From Occultella glacieicola (GTDB taxonomy: Bacteria; Actinomycetota; Actinomycetes; Actinomycetales; Beutenbergiaceae), in contig NZ_SMNA01000007.1 in NCBI RefSeq assembly GCF_004353825.1, forward strand, positions 124,001-188,000: 64,000 bases of DNA, given 5' to 3'. The stretch's first letter is position 1, and every line of letters begins with the position of its first letter. Under the pieces are notes generated by a model that saw only the letters and a list, made by a program, of their open reading frames with translations, did no database searches and was not told where the DNA came from. The position numbers were made by a program, and so were the translations under genes. This document shows, piece by piece, positions 21,958 through 31,798 of the stretch.

Positions 21958-23297
21958 CCTCCACGCAGCCGACGAGCGGTTCCCCGGTGGTCACCGGCAT
22001 GCGGGTGGTACCCGTGGCCGGCCAGGACAGCATGCTGCTGAACCTCTCCGGCGCACACGCTCCGTACTTCACCCGCAACGTGGTGGTGCTGACCGACTCC
22101 GCGGGCCGCACCGGGGTGGGGGAGGTGCCCGGTGGTGCGGGGATCACCCGGACCCTGGAGGCGGCGACCGACCTGGTGCTCGGCCGGCCACTGGCGCAGT
22201 ATCAGTCGGTGCTCGGCGAGATCCGACGCAGGTTCGCGGACTCCGCCGACCGGCGTGGGCTGCAGACCTTCGACCTGCGCGTGACGGTCCACGTGGTCAC
22301 CGCCGTCGAGTCCGCGCTGCTGGACCTGCTCGGACAGTTCCTGGAGGTTCCGGTCGCCGCGCTGCTCGGCGACGGCGTGCAGCGCACCACCGTGCCGGTG
22401 CTCGGATACCTCTTCTACGTCGGGGACTCCGGCCGCACCGACCTGCCCTACCGGTCCGAGCGCGACGCCGACGACCCGTGGCTGCGGTTGCGCAACACCG
22501 AGGCACTGACCCCCGGGGCGGTCGTCTCTCTCGCCGAGGCGGCCCAGGCCCGGTACGGCTTCACCGACTTCAAGCTCAAGGGTGGGGTGTTGCCCGGCTC
22601 CGAGGAGGCGGACGCCGTGACGGCGTTGGCCGAGCGGTTCCCGCGGGCGCGGATCACCATCGACCCGAACGGGGCCTGGTCGTTGCCCGAGGCGATCGGA
22701 CTCGGGAAGCGGCTGCGGGACGTCCTGGCCTACGCGGAGGACCCGTGCGGCGCCGAGGCCGGCTACTCCGGCCGGGAGGTGATGGCGGAGTTCCGCCGCG
22801 CCACCGGACTGCCGACGGCGACCAACATGATCGCCACCGACTGGCGCGAGCTCGGGCACGCGGTCCGCTCCGGCTGCGTGGACATCCCGCTCGCCGACCC
22901 GCACTTCTGGACGATGAACGGCTCGGTCAGGGTGGCGCAACTGTGTGAGGCCTGGGGGTTGACCTGGGGGTCGCACTCGAACAACCACCTCGACATCTCG
23001 TTGGCCATGTTCACGCAGGTCGCCGCCGCGGCACCCGGCGACATCACGGCCATCGACACCCACTGGATCTGGCAGGACGGTCAGCGACTGACCAGGGAAC
23101 CGCTGCGGATCACCGGCGGGACGATCGCCCTGCCGGACCGGCCCGGCCTGGGCGTCGAGCTGGACCTCGACCGGCTCGAGGCCGCCCACGAGCTCTACCT
23201 CGCCCACGGACTCGGCGGACGTGACGACGCCGTCGGGATGCAGCACCTGCTGCCCGGCTGGGTTTTCGACGCGAAGCGCCCGGCGCTGGTGCGCTGA
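21954..23297 (+). CDS. gudD: Glucarate dehydratase
   Basis: [31 protein letters not shown] and GSHSNNH motifs. Confidence 0.92.
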   Translation: MTSTQPTSGSPVVTGMRVVPVAGQDSMLLNLSGAHAPYFTRNVVVLTDSAGRTGVGEVPGGAGITRTLEAATDLVLGRPLAQYQSVLGEIRRRFADSADRRGLQTFDLRVTVHVVTAVESALLDLLGQFLEVPVAALLGDGVQRTTVPVLGYLFYVGDSGRTDLPYRSERDADDPWLRLRNTEALTPGAVVSLAEAAQARYGFTDFKLKGGVLPGSEEADAVTALAERFPRARITIDPNGAWSLPEAIGLGKRLRDVLAYAEDPCGAEAGYSGREVMAEFRRATGLPTATNMIATDWRELGHAVRSGCVDIPLADPHFWTMNGSVRVAQLCEAWGLTWGSHSNNHLDISLAMFTQVAAAAPGDITAIDTHWIWQDGQRLTREPLRITGGTIALPDRPGLGVELDLDRLEAAHELYLAHGLGGRDDAVGMQHLLPGWVFDAKRPALVR

Positions 23298-23326
23298 GCC
23301 GACCGACCGACCCGGTCACCAGGTCG

Positions 23327-23788
23327 TCAGTCCAGGCAGAACTCGTTGCCCTCGGGATCGGTCATCACGATGAACCCGATGCTCGTCGGGGCCTCCGGTT
23401 CGAAACGCTTCACGCGGGTGGCGCCGAGGGCGACGAGTCGTTCGCACTCGACCTCGAGGGCGGCCATGCGCTCGTCACCACGCAGGTCGGACGCGGTCCG
23501 GACATCCAGGTGCACGCGGTTCTTGGCGACCTTGTCCTCGGGCACCTGTTGGAAGAACAGCCGGGGACCGACGCCGTCCGGGTCCTCCAGCGCGGATGCG
23601 GAGTTGCGCTGGTCCTCGGGAACCCCGGACCTCTCGAGGAACTCCTCCCAGGCGGCGAGGGGGTCGGCGCCGGGCTCCAGGTCCACCCCGGGCGGACCCG
23701 GATGGACGTAGCCGAGGACGTCCCGCCAGAAGGTCGAGAGCGCCCGGGGGTCGTGGGCGTCGAACGTGATCTGGATCGTGCGGCTCAT
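23327..23788 (-). CDS. VOC/glyoxalase family protein
   Basis: KNRVHLDV and DPEGNEFC motifs. Confidence 0.88.
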   Translation of the reverse strand: MSRTIQITFDAHDPRALSTFWRDVLGYVHPGPPGVDLEPGADPLAAWEEFLERSGVPEDQRNSASALEDPDGVGPRLFFQQVPEDKVAKNRVHLDVRTASDLRGDERMAALEVECERLVALGATRVKRFEPEAPTSIGFIVMTDPEGNEFCLD

Positions 23789-23854
23789 CAAGGTCTCCTT
23801 TTCGTCGAAGGTCGGAGGTCAACCCTCTCGCGGATACCGGACGGATACGGTCCG

Positions 23855-24817
23855 CTACCCGGGCGAGCGCGCGGGACGTTCCATCTCGGTGCGCAGCGCC
23901 GCCAGCAGTGCGTCGACGGTGCGCTGCCGGTAGGCAACGCCGTCGTCGTCCGTCACGTGCCGGTCGAAGTAGTCCCGCCGGCCCATGTGCCGCATCGGCC
24001 CGATGCAGGACATCGTGATCCGGCCCTCCCGCAGTGCCCTGGCCCACGAGGAGACCCGGGCCGTCGGCCACCGTCCCGGAAACACCGTCGGTCCCAACAG
24101 CTGGATCCGGTCCTTGGACCCGTACACGTGCCAGAGGTGCTGCACGCGGTCCAGGGCCGGGTCCGAGGCGAGTACCCCACCGATCGAGAACACCGAGACC
24201 GGCACGTCGAGCGCGGCCAGATACCAGCTCGCGCCGAGCGCGATCTGGCCACCACCGCTGTATCCGATGACGGTCACCGGGGCGCGGGCGTCCCAGTCGT
24301 AGCCGTGCCGTGACAGTGACTCGGCGATCTCCTGCGCGATCGCGAGATTGAACGACGGGCCGTAGCGCGGGTCGGCCGAGACCAGCACGCGCAGTGCGTT
24401 GCGCAGGTTGATGAGCTTGGACGCGGTCTTCGCCACCGGAACCCGTTGGAGCCGCTGCAGCCGCTTCCAGAACCAGTTCGTCGCGCGCTGCGTCAGGCCA
24501 CGGTTGTCAACCGCATAGGGAAAGACATCCGCCGTCACGACGGCGTCCGGCAGCTCCTGAGCGAGCGTCGCCAGGACCGCCTGCTCGCGCCGGGAGTCGG
24601 TGGTGCCGTCCACGGCACCGATCCCGGACAGGTACACCACGAAGAGGCGAGCCTCCCGCGCGAGGGCGGGGACGCCGTCGTCGGTCTCCGGTCGCGCGAG
24701 CGAGTCGAGCACCGCCGAGTCCTTGCGACGTGACCACCACCGCAGCGACTCCAGCGGCGCCAGCAGCGCGAAGATCAGGGCGAGCGCCACCAGGCCCAGG
24801 AGCACCATCTCGATCAT
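23855..24817 (-). CDS. Membrane-anchored alpha/beta-hydrolase-like protein
   Basis: N-terminal TM; GYSGG nucleophile-elbow-like motif; late His (GPMRH). Confidence 0.6.
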   Translation of the reverse strand: MIEMVLLGLVALALIFALLAPLESLRWWSRRKDSAVLDSLARPETDDGVPALAREARLFVVYLSGIGAVDGTTDSRREQAVLATLAQELPDAVVTADVFPYAVDNRGLTQRATNWFWKRLQRLQRVPVAKTASKLINLRNALRVLVSADPRYGPSFNLAIAQEIAESLSRHGYDWDARAPVTVIGYSGGGQIALGASWYLAALDVPVSVFSIGGVLASDPALDRVQHLWHVYGSKDRIQLLGPTVFPGRWPTARVSSWARALREGRITMSCIGPMRHMGRRDYFDRHVTDDDGVAYRQRTVDALLAALRTEMERPARSPG

Positions 24818-25473
24818 GCGTGGTGCTCCCGGTGCTCGAGTGGCACGAACGGCGCACCGGAGAGGACGTCGGAGGAGGTCAGGAACGTCTCGTGGCCGGT
24901 CACCAGCGTCCAGGCCCGGGCGGTACCGCGGGCCAGCGGGCCGGCCAGGGCCACCGAGAGCAGGTGCGCTGCGAGCCACGCGACGCCGGAGATCACCAGC
25001 GCCGGCAGCAGCCCGACGGCGAGCACGGGCGCGAGCAGGAATGCCAGGACGACGGCGGACCAGACCTCCAGGACCCTCCCGAACAGCAGGCCCAGGTACG
25101 GGATGAAGACTCCGAAGGCCAGCACGTGCGGCGCGGCGGCGAACAGGTAGGCGGCCGCGACCATCTCGGCGTCGACGGTGCCGCGGGTGACCAGCCAGGC
25201 GACCAGGGCGATCCCGGCGCCGGTGACCCCGCGCAGGAGCGCGGTGTAGACGGCGCCGAGCGCCATCGCGGCGACCATCCGCAGCCGCCGGACCCGGTTG
25301 ATCACGAAGACGACCGCGTGCCCGATCATCGTGGACAGCCCGGCCAGCACCGCGACCCCGACGGCCACGGACAGCGCGCGGCCCGGGGAGTCGAGCAGCG
25401 GCGCCGGCGCGCGGAAGGACAGGATGTCACCGACGGCGGCGAACACCTGGACGAACCACTCCACGACCGACAT
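24814..25473 (-). CDS. Hypothetical polytopic membrane protein
   Basis: About 5 hydrophobic segments; ATGA overlap with the downstream gene. Confidence 0.65.
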   Translation of the reverse strand: MSVVEWFVQVFAAVGDILSFRAPAPLLDSPGRALSVAVGVAVLAGLSTMIGHAVVFVINRVRRLRMVAAMALGAVYTALLRGVTGAGIALVAWLVTRGTVDAEMVAAAYLFAAAPHVLAFGVFIPYLGLLFGRVLEVWSAVVLAFLLAPVLAVGLLPALVISGVAWLAAHLLSVALAGPLARGTARAWTLVTGHETFLTSSDVLSGAPFVPLEHREHHA

Positions 25474-25542
25474 CGGTTCACATCATCCACGGCACCGGGT
25501 GGTCGTGTCGCCACCACACGCGCCCGGCCCCACACGCTTGCC

Positions 25543-25713
25543 CGTGAGAGTGCGGTTCTGGCTGCCACCTCGACACTCTCGGTGAAGGAGGCATGTCGCC
25601 GAGTGCTTCCGCGGAAGCGTCGGCTTGCCGCACCCGGCGTGAGAGTGCTGCTCTGGCTGCCACTTCAGCACCCTCGGCGAGGGGGATTAGGGTCGAGTGC
25701 TTCCGCGGAAGCG
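25543..25713. repeat. Two imperfect ~76-bp REP-like intergenic repeats (period 95 bp)
   Basis: CGTGAGAGTGC..TCTGGCTGCCAC..GAGTGCTTCCGCGGAAGCG at 25543 and 25638; internal palindrome GCTTCCGCGGAAGC. Confidence 0.75.
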
Positions 25714-25759
25714 CCCTGCGCGACTCGCCGCGGTCGCGGCGTGAGCCTCAGGGCGGCGC

Positions 25760-26914
25760 TCAGGTTGGCGGCTCGTCAGCGAAGATCGCCGCCATCTGCT
25801 CCGCCGACTTCAGCCCGCCGCCGGTGAGCACGACGACGGTGGTCTGGCCGGGGCCGATGGTGCCGTCGGCGAGGAACCGGTCGAGCGCGGCGACCGCGAC
25901 CGCGCTGGTCGGCTCGGCATAGAGGCCGCGCCCGGCCAGGTCGCGGACGGCCCGGCGGATCTCACCGTCGGGCACGGCGACGGCGGCCCCACCGGAGCGG
26001 CGGATCGCGGCGACGGCCTCGGGCAACCGGATCGGGCGGGCGATCGACGCGCCCTCGGCGATCGTGGGGACGCGGGGCCCTCGGGATCCGGCCTCGATCC
26101 CGTTGACCGTGTCGGCGATCGTGGCCCAGTGTTCCGGCTGGCCGACAAGCAGTCGGGGTCGGCGGGCGATCTGCCCGGCCGCCAGGAGCTCCGTGAAGGC
26201 GAGGTCGCAGCCGAGGACGATGCTGCCGGCGCCGGCGACCAGGACCACGTTGTCCGGAGCGGTGAAGCCGAGCGCCTCCCAGATCTCGTAGCCGATGGTC
26301 TTCGTGCCCTGCAGGAACATCGGGTGCCAGTTGTGGCTCGCGTACGCGATCGTGGCCGACTGCCGCACCGCCTCCTCGGCGACCTCGTCACGGGTGCCGG
26401 ACACCAGTTCGATCTGCGCGCCGAAGGCCCGGGCCTGCAGGATCTTCGCCCTCGACGTCGCGGCGGGCACGATGATCTTCGCCCGTATCCCGGCGGCAGC
26501 CGCGTACGCCGCGACGGCCGAACCACCGTTGCCCGAGCTGTCCTCCAGGACCCGGTCCGCGCCGTGTGCCCGCAGGTGCGAGATCATCACGGCGACGCCG
26601 CGGTCCTTGAAGCTCGACGTCGGGTTGAACCACTCCAGCTTCACGTGCACCCGGTGACCGGGCCGGTCGAGCGCGACCATCGGGGTGCAGCCCTCGCCGA
26701 GGCTGACCCGGTGCTCGGGCGACACCGGGAGCGCGGCCCGGTACCGCCACAGCGAGCGCTCATCGGTAACGATCTGCTCGACGGTCGCCGCGGCCAGTGG
26801 TGACACCGCAAGCGGCGACCCGTCCGCACCACGCCACCGCAGGTCCGTGAGCGGGTACCGCGTCCCGGCCCGGTCCAGCAGGACGGGCGGGCCGGCCTTC
26901 GACGGAGTCGACAC
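25760..26914 (-). CDS. Threonine synthase-like PLP-dependent enzyme
   Basis: SLGEGCTP, NPTSSFKDRG, SSGNGG, EPTSA and LTGGGLK motifs. Confidence 0.85.
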   Translation of the reverse strand: MSTPSKAGPPVLLDRAGTRYPLTDLRWRGADGSPLAVSPLAAATVEQIVTDERSLWRYRAALPVSPEHRVSLGEGCTPMVALDRPGHRVHVKLEWFNPTSSFKDRGVAVMISHLRAHGADRVLEDSSGNGGSAVAAYAAAAGIRAKIIVPAATSRAKILQARAFGAQIELVSGTRDEVAEEAVRQSATIAYASHNWHPMFLQGTKTIGYEIWEALGFTAPDNVVLVAGAGSIVLGCDLAFTELLAAGQIARRPRLLVGQPEHWATIADTVNGIEAGSRGPRVPTIAEGASIARPIRLPEAVAAIRRSGGAAVAVPDGEIRRAVRDLAGRGLYAEPTSAVAVAALDRFLADGTIGPGQTTVVVLTGGGLKSAEQMAAIFADEPPT

Positions 26915-27095
26915 CGGGGACCCCTTTCGGAAGTCGATCGGCGGGAGTGCCCGCCAGCATAGGCCCGGCCTGCCCTTCGGTCGGTGGGTGTGACCGCCGA
27001 CACGGTGATCCACCGCACGATCTAGAGACTTTGCCCGCGGTTCGGAGTAGACCAGAGAGAGCAGTCACGGCACTGGCGAGTGGAACGAGGAGACG

Positions 27096-28250
27096 ATGGC
27101 ACACCCACGAGTGGTCGTGGTCGGTGGCGGGTACGGCGGGGTCGCCGTGGCACAGCAGCTCGATGCGGTCGCGGACGTCATGCTGATCGAACCGAAGGAC
27201 GCGTTCGTGCATGCCGTCGGGACGCTCCGTGCCGTCGTGGACCCGGCCTGGGAGGACCGGGTGTTCCTTCCCTACGACCGGCTGCTCAGCCGGGGCCGGG
27301 TCATCCACGACTCCGCCCGGGCGGTCGGTGCCAACCGGGTCAGCTTCACGCGGACCGAGTTCGTCGACGCCGACTACCTCGTGCTCGCCACCGGCACCGC
27401 GTACCCGTTCCCGGCCAAGTTCCTGGAGTCCGACGCCTGGGTGGTGCGCTCGCGGATGGCGCGGCTGCGGGAGGCGATCGGGCAGGCGGAGCGGGTCCTG
27501 CTGGTCGGAGCCGGACCGGTCGGAGTGGAGCTCGCCGGGGAACTCACGAGTGCGTTCGGCGATCTGGGCGTGACCCTGGTCGACCGGGCAGACGACATCC
27601 TGACCACGATCGACGTGATACCGCAGGTGCGCGACTCGATCCGGACCCAGCTGATCGACCGGGGTGTCGACCTCGTCCTCGGCGCGCCGCTGGGGTTCCT
27701 GCCACCGATGGACGTCGGGCGCCTGCACGATTTCACCGTGCGCACCGACGCCGGTGTGGAGATCAACGCGCAGGTCTGGTTCCGCTGCTACGGGAACCGG
27801 GCGGTGACGGACTACGTGACCGGGGGCCTGCTGGACGCCCGCCGTCCCGACGGCACCCTGAGCGTCACCGAACACCTGAGCGTCGCCGGCCATGACACCG
27901 TGTTCGCCGTCGGGGACGTCGCCGACCTGCGCGAGACGAAGCGGGCCGACGCGGCCCGCGCCCACGGCCGGGTGGTCGCCACGAACATCGCCGACCTGAT
28001 CGCCGGGCGTTCGCCGTCGGCCGTGTACGTGCCGCCGCCGGAGCGGATCGTGATCCCGTTGGGGCCCGACGGCGGTGCGTCCCAACTGCTCGACACGTCC
28101 GGTGTGCCGCGCTTCCATGGCCCCGAGGAGACCAGCCGGATGAAGGGCGTGGACCTGTTCACCGATCTCATGGCCGAGCAGTTCCACCGGCTCGACGACG
28201 TCACCGAGCACTCCCGGGGCGAGGACACCTCGCTCGAGTACGCCGGCTGA
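27096..28250 (+). CDS. FAD/NAD(P)-dependent oxidoreductase (AIF/AMID-like)
   Basis: GGGYGG, GAGPVGVE and FAVGD motifs. Confidence 0.85.
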   Translation: MAHPRVVVVGGGYGGVAVAQQLDAVADVMLIEPKDAFVHAVGTLRAVVDPAWEDRVFLPYDRLLSRGRVIHDSARAVGANRVSFTRTEFVDADYLVLATGTAYPFPAKFLESDAWVVRSRMARLREAIGQAERVLLVGAGPVGVELAGELTSAFGDLGVTLVDRADDILTTIDVIPQVRDSIRTQLIDRGVDLVLGAPLGFLPPMDVGRLHDFTVRTDAGVEINAQVWFRCYGNRAVTDYVTGGLLDARRPDGTLSVTEHLSVAGHDTVFAVGDVADLRETKRADAARAHGRVVATNIADLIAGRSPSAVYVPPPERIVIPLGPDGGASQLLDTSGVPRFHGPEETSRMKGVDLFTDLMAEQFHRLDDVTEHSRGEDTSLEYAG

Positions 28251-28295
28251 CGCGGACCCCGGCGCAGGCACGGGGCGACCACTACCCTCGGTGAC

Positions 28296-29240
28296 ATGGC
28301 AGCCAAAGGCGGGGACACCGCCGTCGAACTCGAGGTCGGCGAGCGCACCGTCCGGATCAGCCACCCCGAACGGGTCATGTTCGCCGCACGCGGGGAGACG
28401 AAACTCGACCTCGCCAACTACTACCTCGCCGTCGGCGACGGCATCGTGCGTGCCCTGCGCGAGCGGCCATGCATGCTGCACCGGTTCCCGGACGGCGTGG
28501 CGGGTACGAAGGTGCACCAGAAGCGGCTGCCACGCGGCGCCCCGGACTGGGTCGAGACCGTCGAGCTGCACTTCCCGCGCTACAACCGGACCGCGGATGA
28601 ACTGTGCGTCACCGAACTCGCCAGTGTGATCTGGGCGGTGCAGATGTCCACCGTCGAATTCCACCCCTGGAACTCCCGCCGAGCGGACACCGAGAAACCG
28701 GACGAGTGGCGCATCGACCTGGATCCGATGCCCGAGTGCCCGTTCGAGCGGGTACGAGACGTGGCGCACGTGGCCCATGAGGTGCTCGACGACCTCGGGA
28801 TCACCGGCTACCCGAAGACCTCCGGCGGTTCCGGGCTGCACGTCTATGTGCGGATCGAACCGGACTGGGGCTTCGACGAGGTCCGGACCGCCGCGCTCGC
28901 GTTCGCGCGGGAGGTCGAGCGGCGTGCGCCGAAGGACGTCACCACCGCCTGGTGGCGCAAGGACCGGGACCCGTCCGCGGTGTTCGTCGACTACAACCAG
29001 AACGCCCGTGACCACACGATCGCCAGCGCGTACTCGGTGCGCGGCAAGGACGAGGGCACGGTCTCGACACCGATCCGGTGGGATGAGGTCGACGACGTCG
29101 ATCCGACAGCGTTCACCATCGCGACGGTGCCGGCCCGGTTCGCCGAGCTCGGGGACCTGCACGCCGACATCGACGCGAAGGCGCATCGGCTGGACGAGTT
29201 GCTCGAGTGGGCGGAGCGGGACGAACCCGCCGACGCCTGA
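28296..29240 (+). CDS. Stand-alone LigD-type polymerase (AEP primase-polymerase) domain protein
   Basis: HRFPDG, RIDLDP, KTSGGSGLH, FVDYNQN and AYSVR motifs. Confidence 0.9.
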   Translation: MAAKGGDTAVELEVGERTVRISHPERVMFAARGETKLDLANYYLAVGDGIVRALRERPCMLHRFPDGVAGTKVHQKRLPRGAPDWVETVELHFPRYNRTADELCVTELASVIWAVQMSTVEFHPWNSRRADTEKPDEWRIDLDPMPECPFERVRDVAHVAHEVLDDLGITGYPKTSGGSGLHVYVRIEPDWGFDEVRTAALAFAREVERRAPKDVTTAWWRKDRDPSAVFVDYNQNARDHTIASAYSVRGKDEGTVSTPIRWDEVDDVDPTAFTIATVPARFAELGDLHADIDAKAHRLDELLEWAERDEPADA

Positions 29241-29331
29241 CCGGTTCTCCGCCCGGATGTCGATCCAGGCGTCCGCCGTTCGTGGTGACGGTGAAGGCCG
29301 CCGGCGCGGTGGCCCCGAACCGGAGGACGTC

Positions 29332-30012
29332 ATGAACGGCACCAGCACCACCAACACCGCTCCGACGGCGGAAGGCACCCACGAACAACGCGTCACCAGG
29401 TCGTTGCTCGGGTACGGCATTCTGGCCGGCCCGTTCTACGTGGTCGTGTCGCTCACGCAGGCAGTCGTCCACGACGGGTTCGACCTGACCAGGCACGACT
29501 GGAGCCTGCTGGCCGCCGGCCCGCAGGGCTGGATCCAGATGGTCAACCTGATCCTGACCGGCGCGATGGTGATCGCGTTCGCGGTCGGCGTGGCCCGGTC
29601 CTGGACGTCCCGTTGGGCGCCGCGGCTGCTCGGGATCTATGGACTGGGACTGATCGCCGCCGGCGTGTTCGTGGCCGACCCGATGGCCGGCTACCCGGTC
29701 GGTTCCGTGCCCGTCACCGAGATCAGCTGGCACGGGCTCGGCCACATGGTCGCCGGCATGGTCGGCTTCGCCGGCCTGATCGCGGCTACGTTCGTGGTGG
29801 CCCGGGTCCAGGCACGCGAGGGCCGTCGAGGCGCCGCGTGGGCGTCCCGCGCCGTCGGCGTCATCTTCCTCGCCGGGTTCGCCGGGGTCGCGACGGGATC
29901 GTCGGCACCGGCGATCGTGCTCGGTTTCACGGCGGCCGTGGTGATCTCCTGGGCCTGGCTGGCCGCGCTCGCGGCGCACCTGCAGCACAGGGTCGCCGCG
30001 CCCCGGTGCTGA
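29332..30012 (+). CDS. DUF998 family membrane protein
   Basis: GFDLTRHDWSLLA, GVFVADP and SWHGLGH motifs. Confidence 0.75.
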   Translation: MNGTSTTNTAPTAEGTHEQRVTRSLLGYGILAGPFYVVVSLTQAVVHDGFDLTRHDWSLLAAGPQGWIQMVNLILTGAMVIAFAVGVARSWTSRWAPRLLGIYGLGLIAAGVFVADPMAGYPVGSVPVTEISWHGLGHMVAGMVGFAGLIAATFVVARVQAREGRRGAAWASRAVGVIFLAGFAGVATGSSAPAIVLGFTAAVVISWAWLAALAAHLQHRVAAPRC

Positions 30013-30028
30013 ACCACCGGTCCTCGGG

Positions 30029-30195
30029 CTACAGCTCCTTGACCAGCAATCGGTCCCGCTCCACCGCATGGTGCGTGACGCCGTCGACGTCCACCCAGTC
30101 GTAGGCGGTCACGTCCTCGACGCCGGAGGCCACGTAGCCGAGCCTGAGGTAGAGCCGCTCGGCGTCCGGGTTGTCGAACGCGACGCCGACGGCGG
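30029..30195 (-). pseudogene. 3' remnant of a GNAT acetyltransferase gene
   Basis: Minus frame reads VGVAFDNPDAERLYLRLGY...LLVKEL*; no start before an upstream in-frame TAG. Confidence 0.55.
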
Positions 30196-30315
30196 GTCCG
30201 TGCGCGGGTCCGGCACCGTTCGACCCGGCGTCGGTGCCGCACCCGGCGGGCTACCCTTGCCTCTCGTGTCGCACCACCGCATCCGCTCCCGCCGACGCGT
30301 CGGGGGTGCGCCCTC

Positions 30316-31296
30316 GTGAGGCTCCTGCGTCGCTGGGTGGACCCGTTCGTGGTCGGGATCCTGGTCGCCCTGGTCCTCGGGCTCGTGGTGCCGTTGCCCG
30401 ACGCGGTGCGGGGGGCGGTCGAAGGGGTCGGGAACGTCGCCGTCTTCCTTCTGTTCCTCGTGTACGGCGCTCGGCTGTCCACCCGCGAGGTGCTCGGCGG
30501 GCTGCGGAACGTGCGCCTGCAGGGGAGCATCCTCGGTTCCACCTACCTGTTGTTCCCGTTGCTCGGGCTGGCCGTGTCCTGGGCGGCCGCCCCGATCATC
30601 GGTGCGGCGCTCGCAGCCGGGGTGCTGTACCTGTCCCTGCTGCCGTCGACCGTGCAGTCCTCGGTCGCGTTCGTCTCGGTGGCCCGGGGCAACGTGGCCG
30701 GGGCCATCTGCGCCGCGACGATCTCGAACCTGCTCGGCATGGTGCTCACCCCGCTGCTCGTGCTCTGGCTGATGGGCGCGTCGGGGGCGGGTGGGCTCGG
30801 TGGCCTGCGCTCGGTGCTCCTCCAGCTCCTGCTGCCGTTCGTGGTCGGGCAGCTACTGCAACCGCTCGTCGGGACCTGGCTACGCGCCCACAAGTGGCTG
30901 ACCACCCTGCTGGACCGGAGCACGATCATCCTGATCGTGTTCGGTGCGGTCGCCTCCGCCACGGCCGACGGGGTGTGGTCCTCGGTGTCCTGGGTGATGA
31001 TCGTGGCGCTGCTCGTGATCAGCGCCGTGGTGCTCGTGGTCATGCTGGCGGCGACCTGGTGGGGCGGCCGGGGGATCCGGCTGGACCGCAAGGACCGGAT
31101 CGCCCTGCTCATGTGCGGGTCGAAGAAGTCGCTCGCGACCGGGCTGCCGATGGCCGTGGTGCTCTTCCCGGCGGCCACCGCCGCGACCATCGCGGTGCCG
31201 CTGATCATCTTCCACCAACTGCAGCTGGTCGTGTGTGCCGCACTGGCCCGGCGGCTGGCGCGGACGTCCGGGGAACCGGGGACGGTCGGCGCCTAG
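30316..31296 (+). CDS. Bile acid:sodium symporter family protein
   Basis: LPSTVQSSVAF, CGSKKSLATG and FHQLQL motifs. Confidence 0.9.
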   Translation: MRLLRRWVDPFVVGILVALVLGLVVPLPDAVRGAVEGVGNVAVFLLFLVYGARLSTREVLGGLRNVRLQGSILGSTYLLFPLLGLAVSWAAAPIIGAALAAGVLYLSLLPSTVQSSVAFVSVARGNVAGAICAATISNLLGMVLTPLLVLWLMGASGAGGLGGLRSVLLQLLLPFVVGQLLQPLVGTWLRAHKWLTTLLDRSTIILIVFGAVASATADGVWSSVSWVMIVALLVISAVVLVVMLAATWWGGRGIRLDRKDRIALLMCGSKKSLATGLPMAVVLFPAATAATIAVPLIIFHQLQLVVCAALARRLARTSGEPGTVGA

Positions 31297-31314
31297 CGTG
31301 GTGGAACCGCAGTG

Positions 31315-31656
31315 CTACCCGTCCAGCGTGACCCGGTACGCCGCGAAGCCCAGAGCCGCGAGCATCACCACACCACCGATCAGCGCACCGAGTCCCCGGT
31401 GCCGCGCCTTCAGCGCGAGGATCAGCACGGTCGCGTAGGCCGCGGCCAGGACCACCGACCAGAGCGCGGCCACCGGCACCCGAGCGGGGCTGCAGCCGGC
31501 CGGCGCCGGGTGCACGGCTGGGCAGGCGGACTGGGCCGGGGCCGGGATCGCCAGCAGCCACACCGAGACCAGCGTCCAGAGCAGGATCAGCGAGGCCGTG
31601 AGGATCACCCAGGTGGCGGCGGCCCGGCTCGGTGTCGAGGGCGGGTCCGGTTCCAT
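31315..31656 (-). CDS. Small membrane protein
   Basis: Three hydrophobic segments; CPAVHPAPAGC loop. Confidence 0.55.
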   Translation of the reverse strand: MEPDPPSTPSRAAATWVILTASLILLWTLVSVWLLAIPAPAQSACPAVHPAPAGCSPARVPVAALWSVVLAAAYATVLILALKARHRGLGALIGGVVMLAALGFAAYRVTLDG

Positions 31657-31798
31657 CAGGTGCACGCTACCGGGCGTCGCCCGTGGCCGAAGCCCGCGGC
31701 GCCCGAGCGTCGAGGAAGTCGCGGCGCCGGCGAGACCGCCCCCTGGTTGGGGCGGATTCGGGTTCGCGGCGACTTCCTCGACGCGTGGCCGAACCGGC

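Noticed and set aside
28296..29240. Primase-polymerase as the prophage's replication gene
   Set aside because: Lies 5 kb outside attL and has host LigD polymerase-domain motifs
26760..29420. 886-aa minus-strand ORF and similar long antisense ORFs
   Set aside because: Shadow frames of well-supported opposite-strand genes, expected at this GC content
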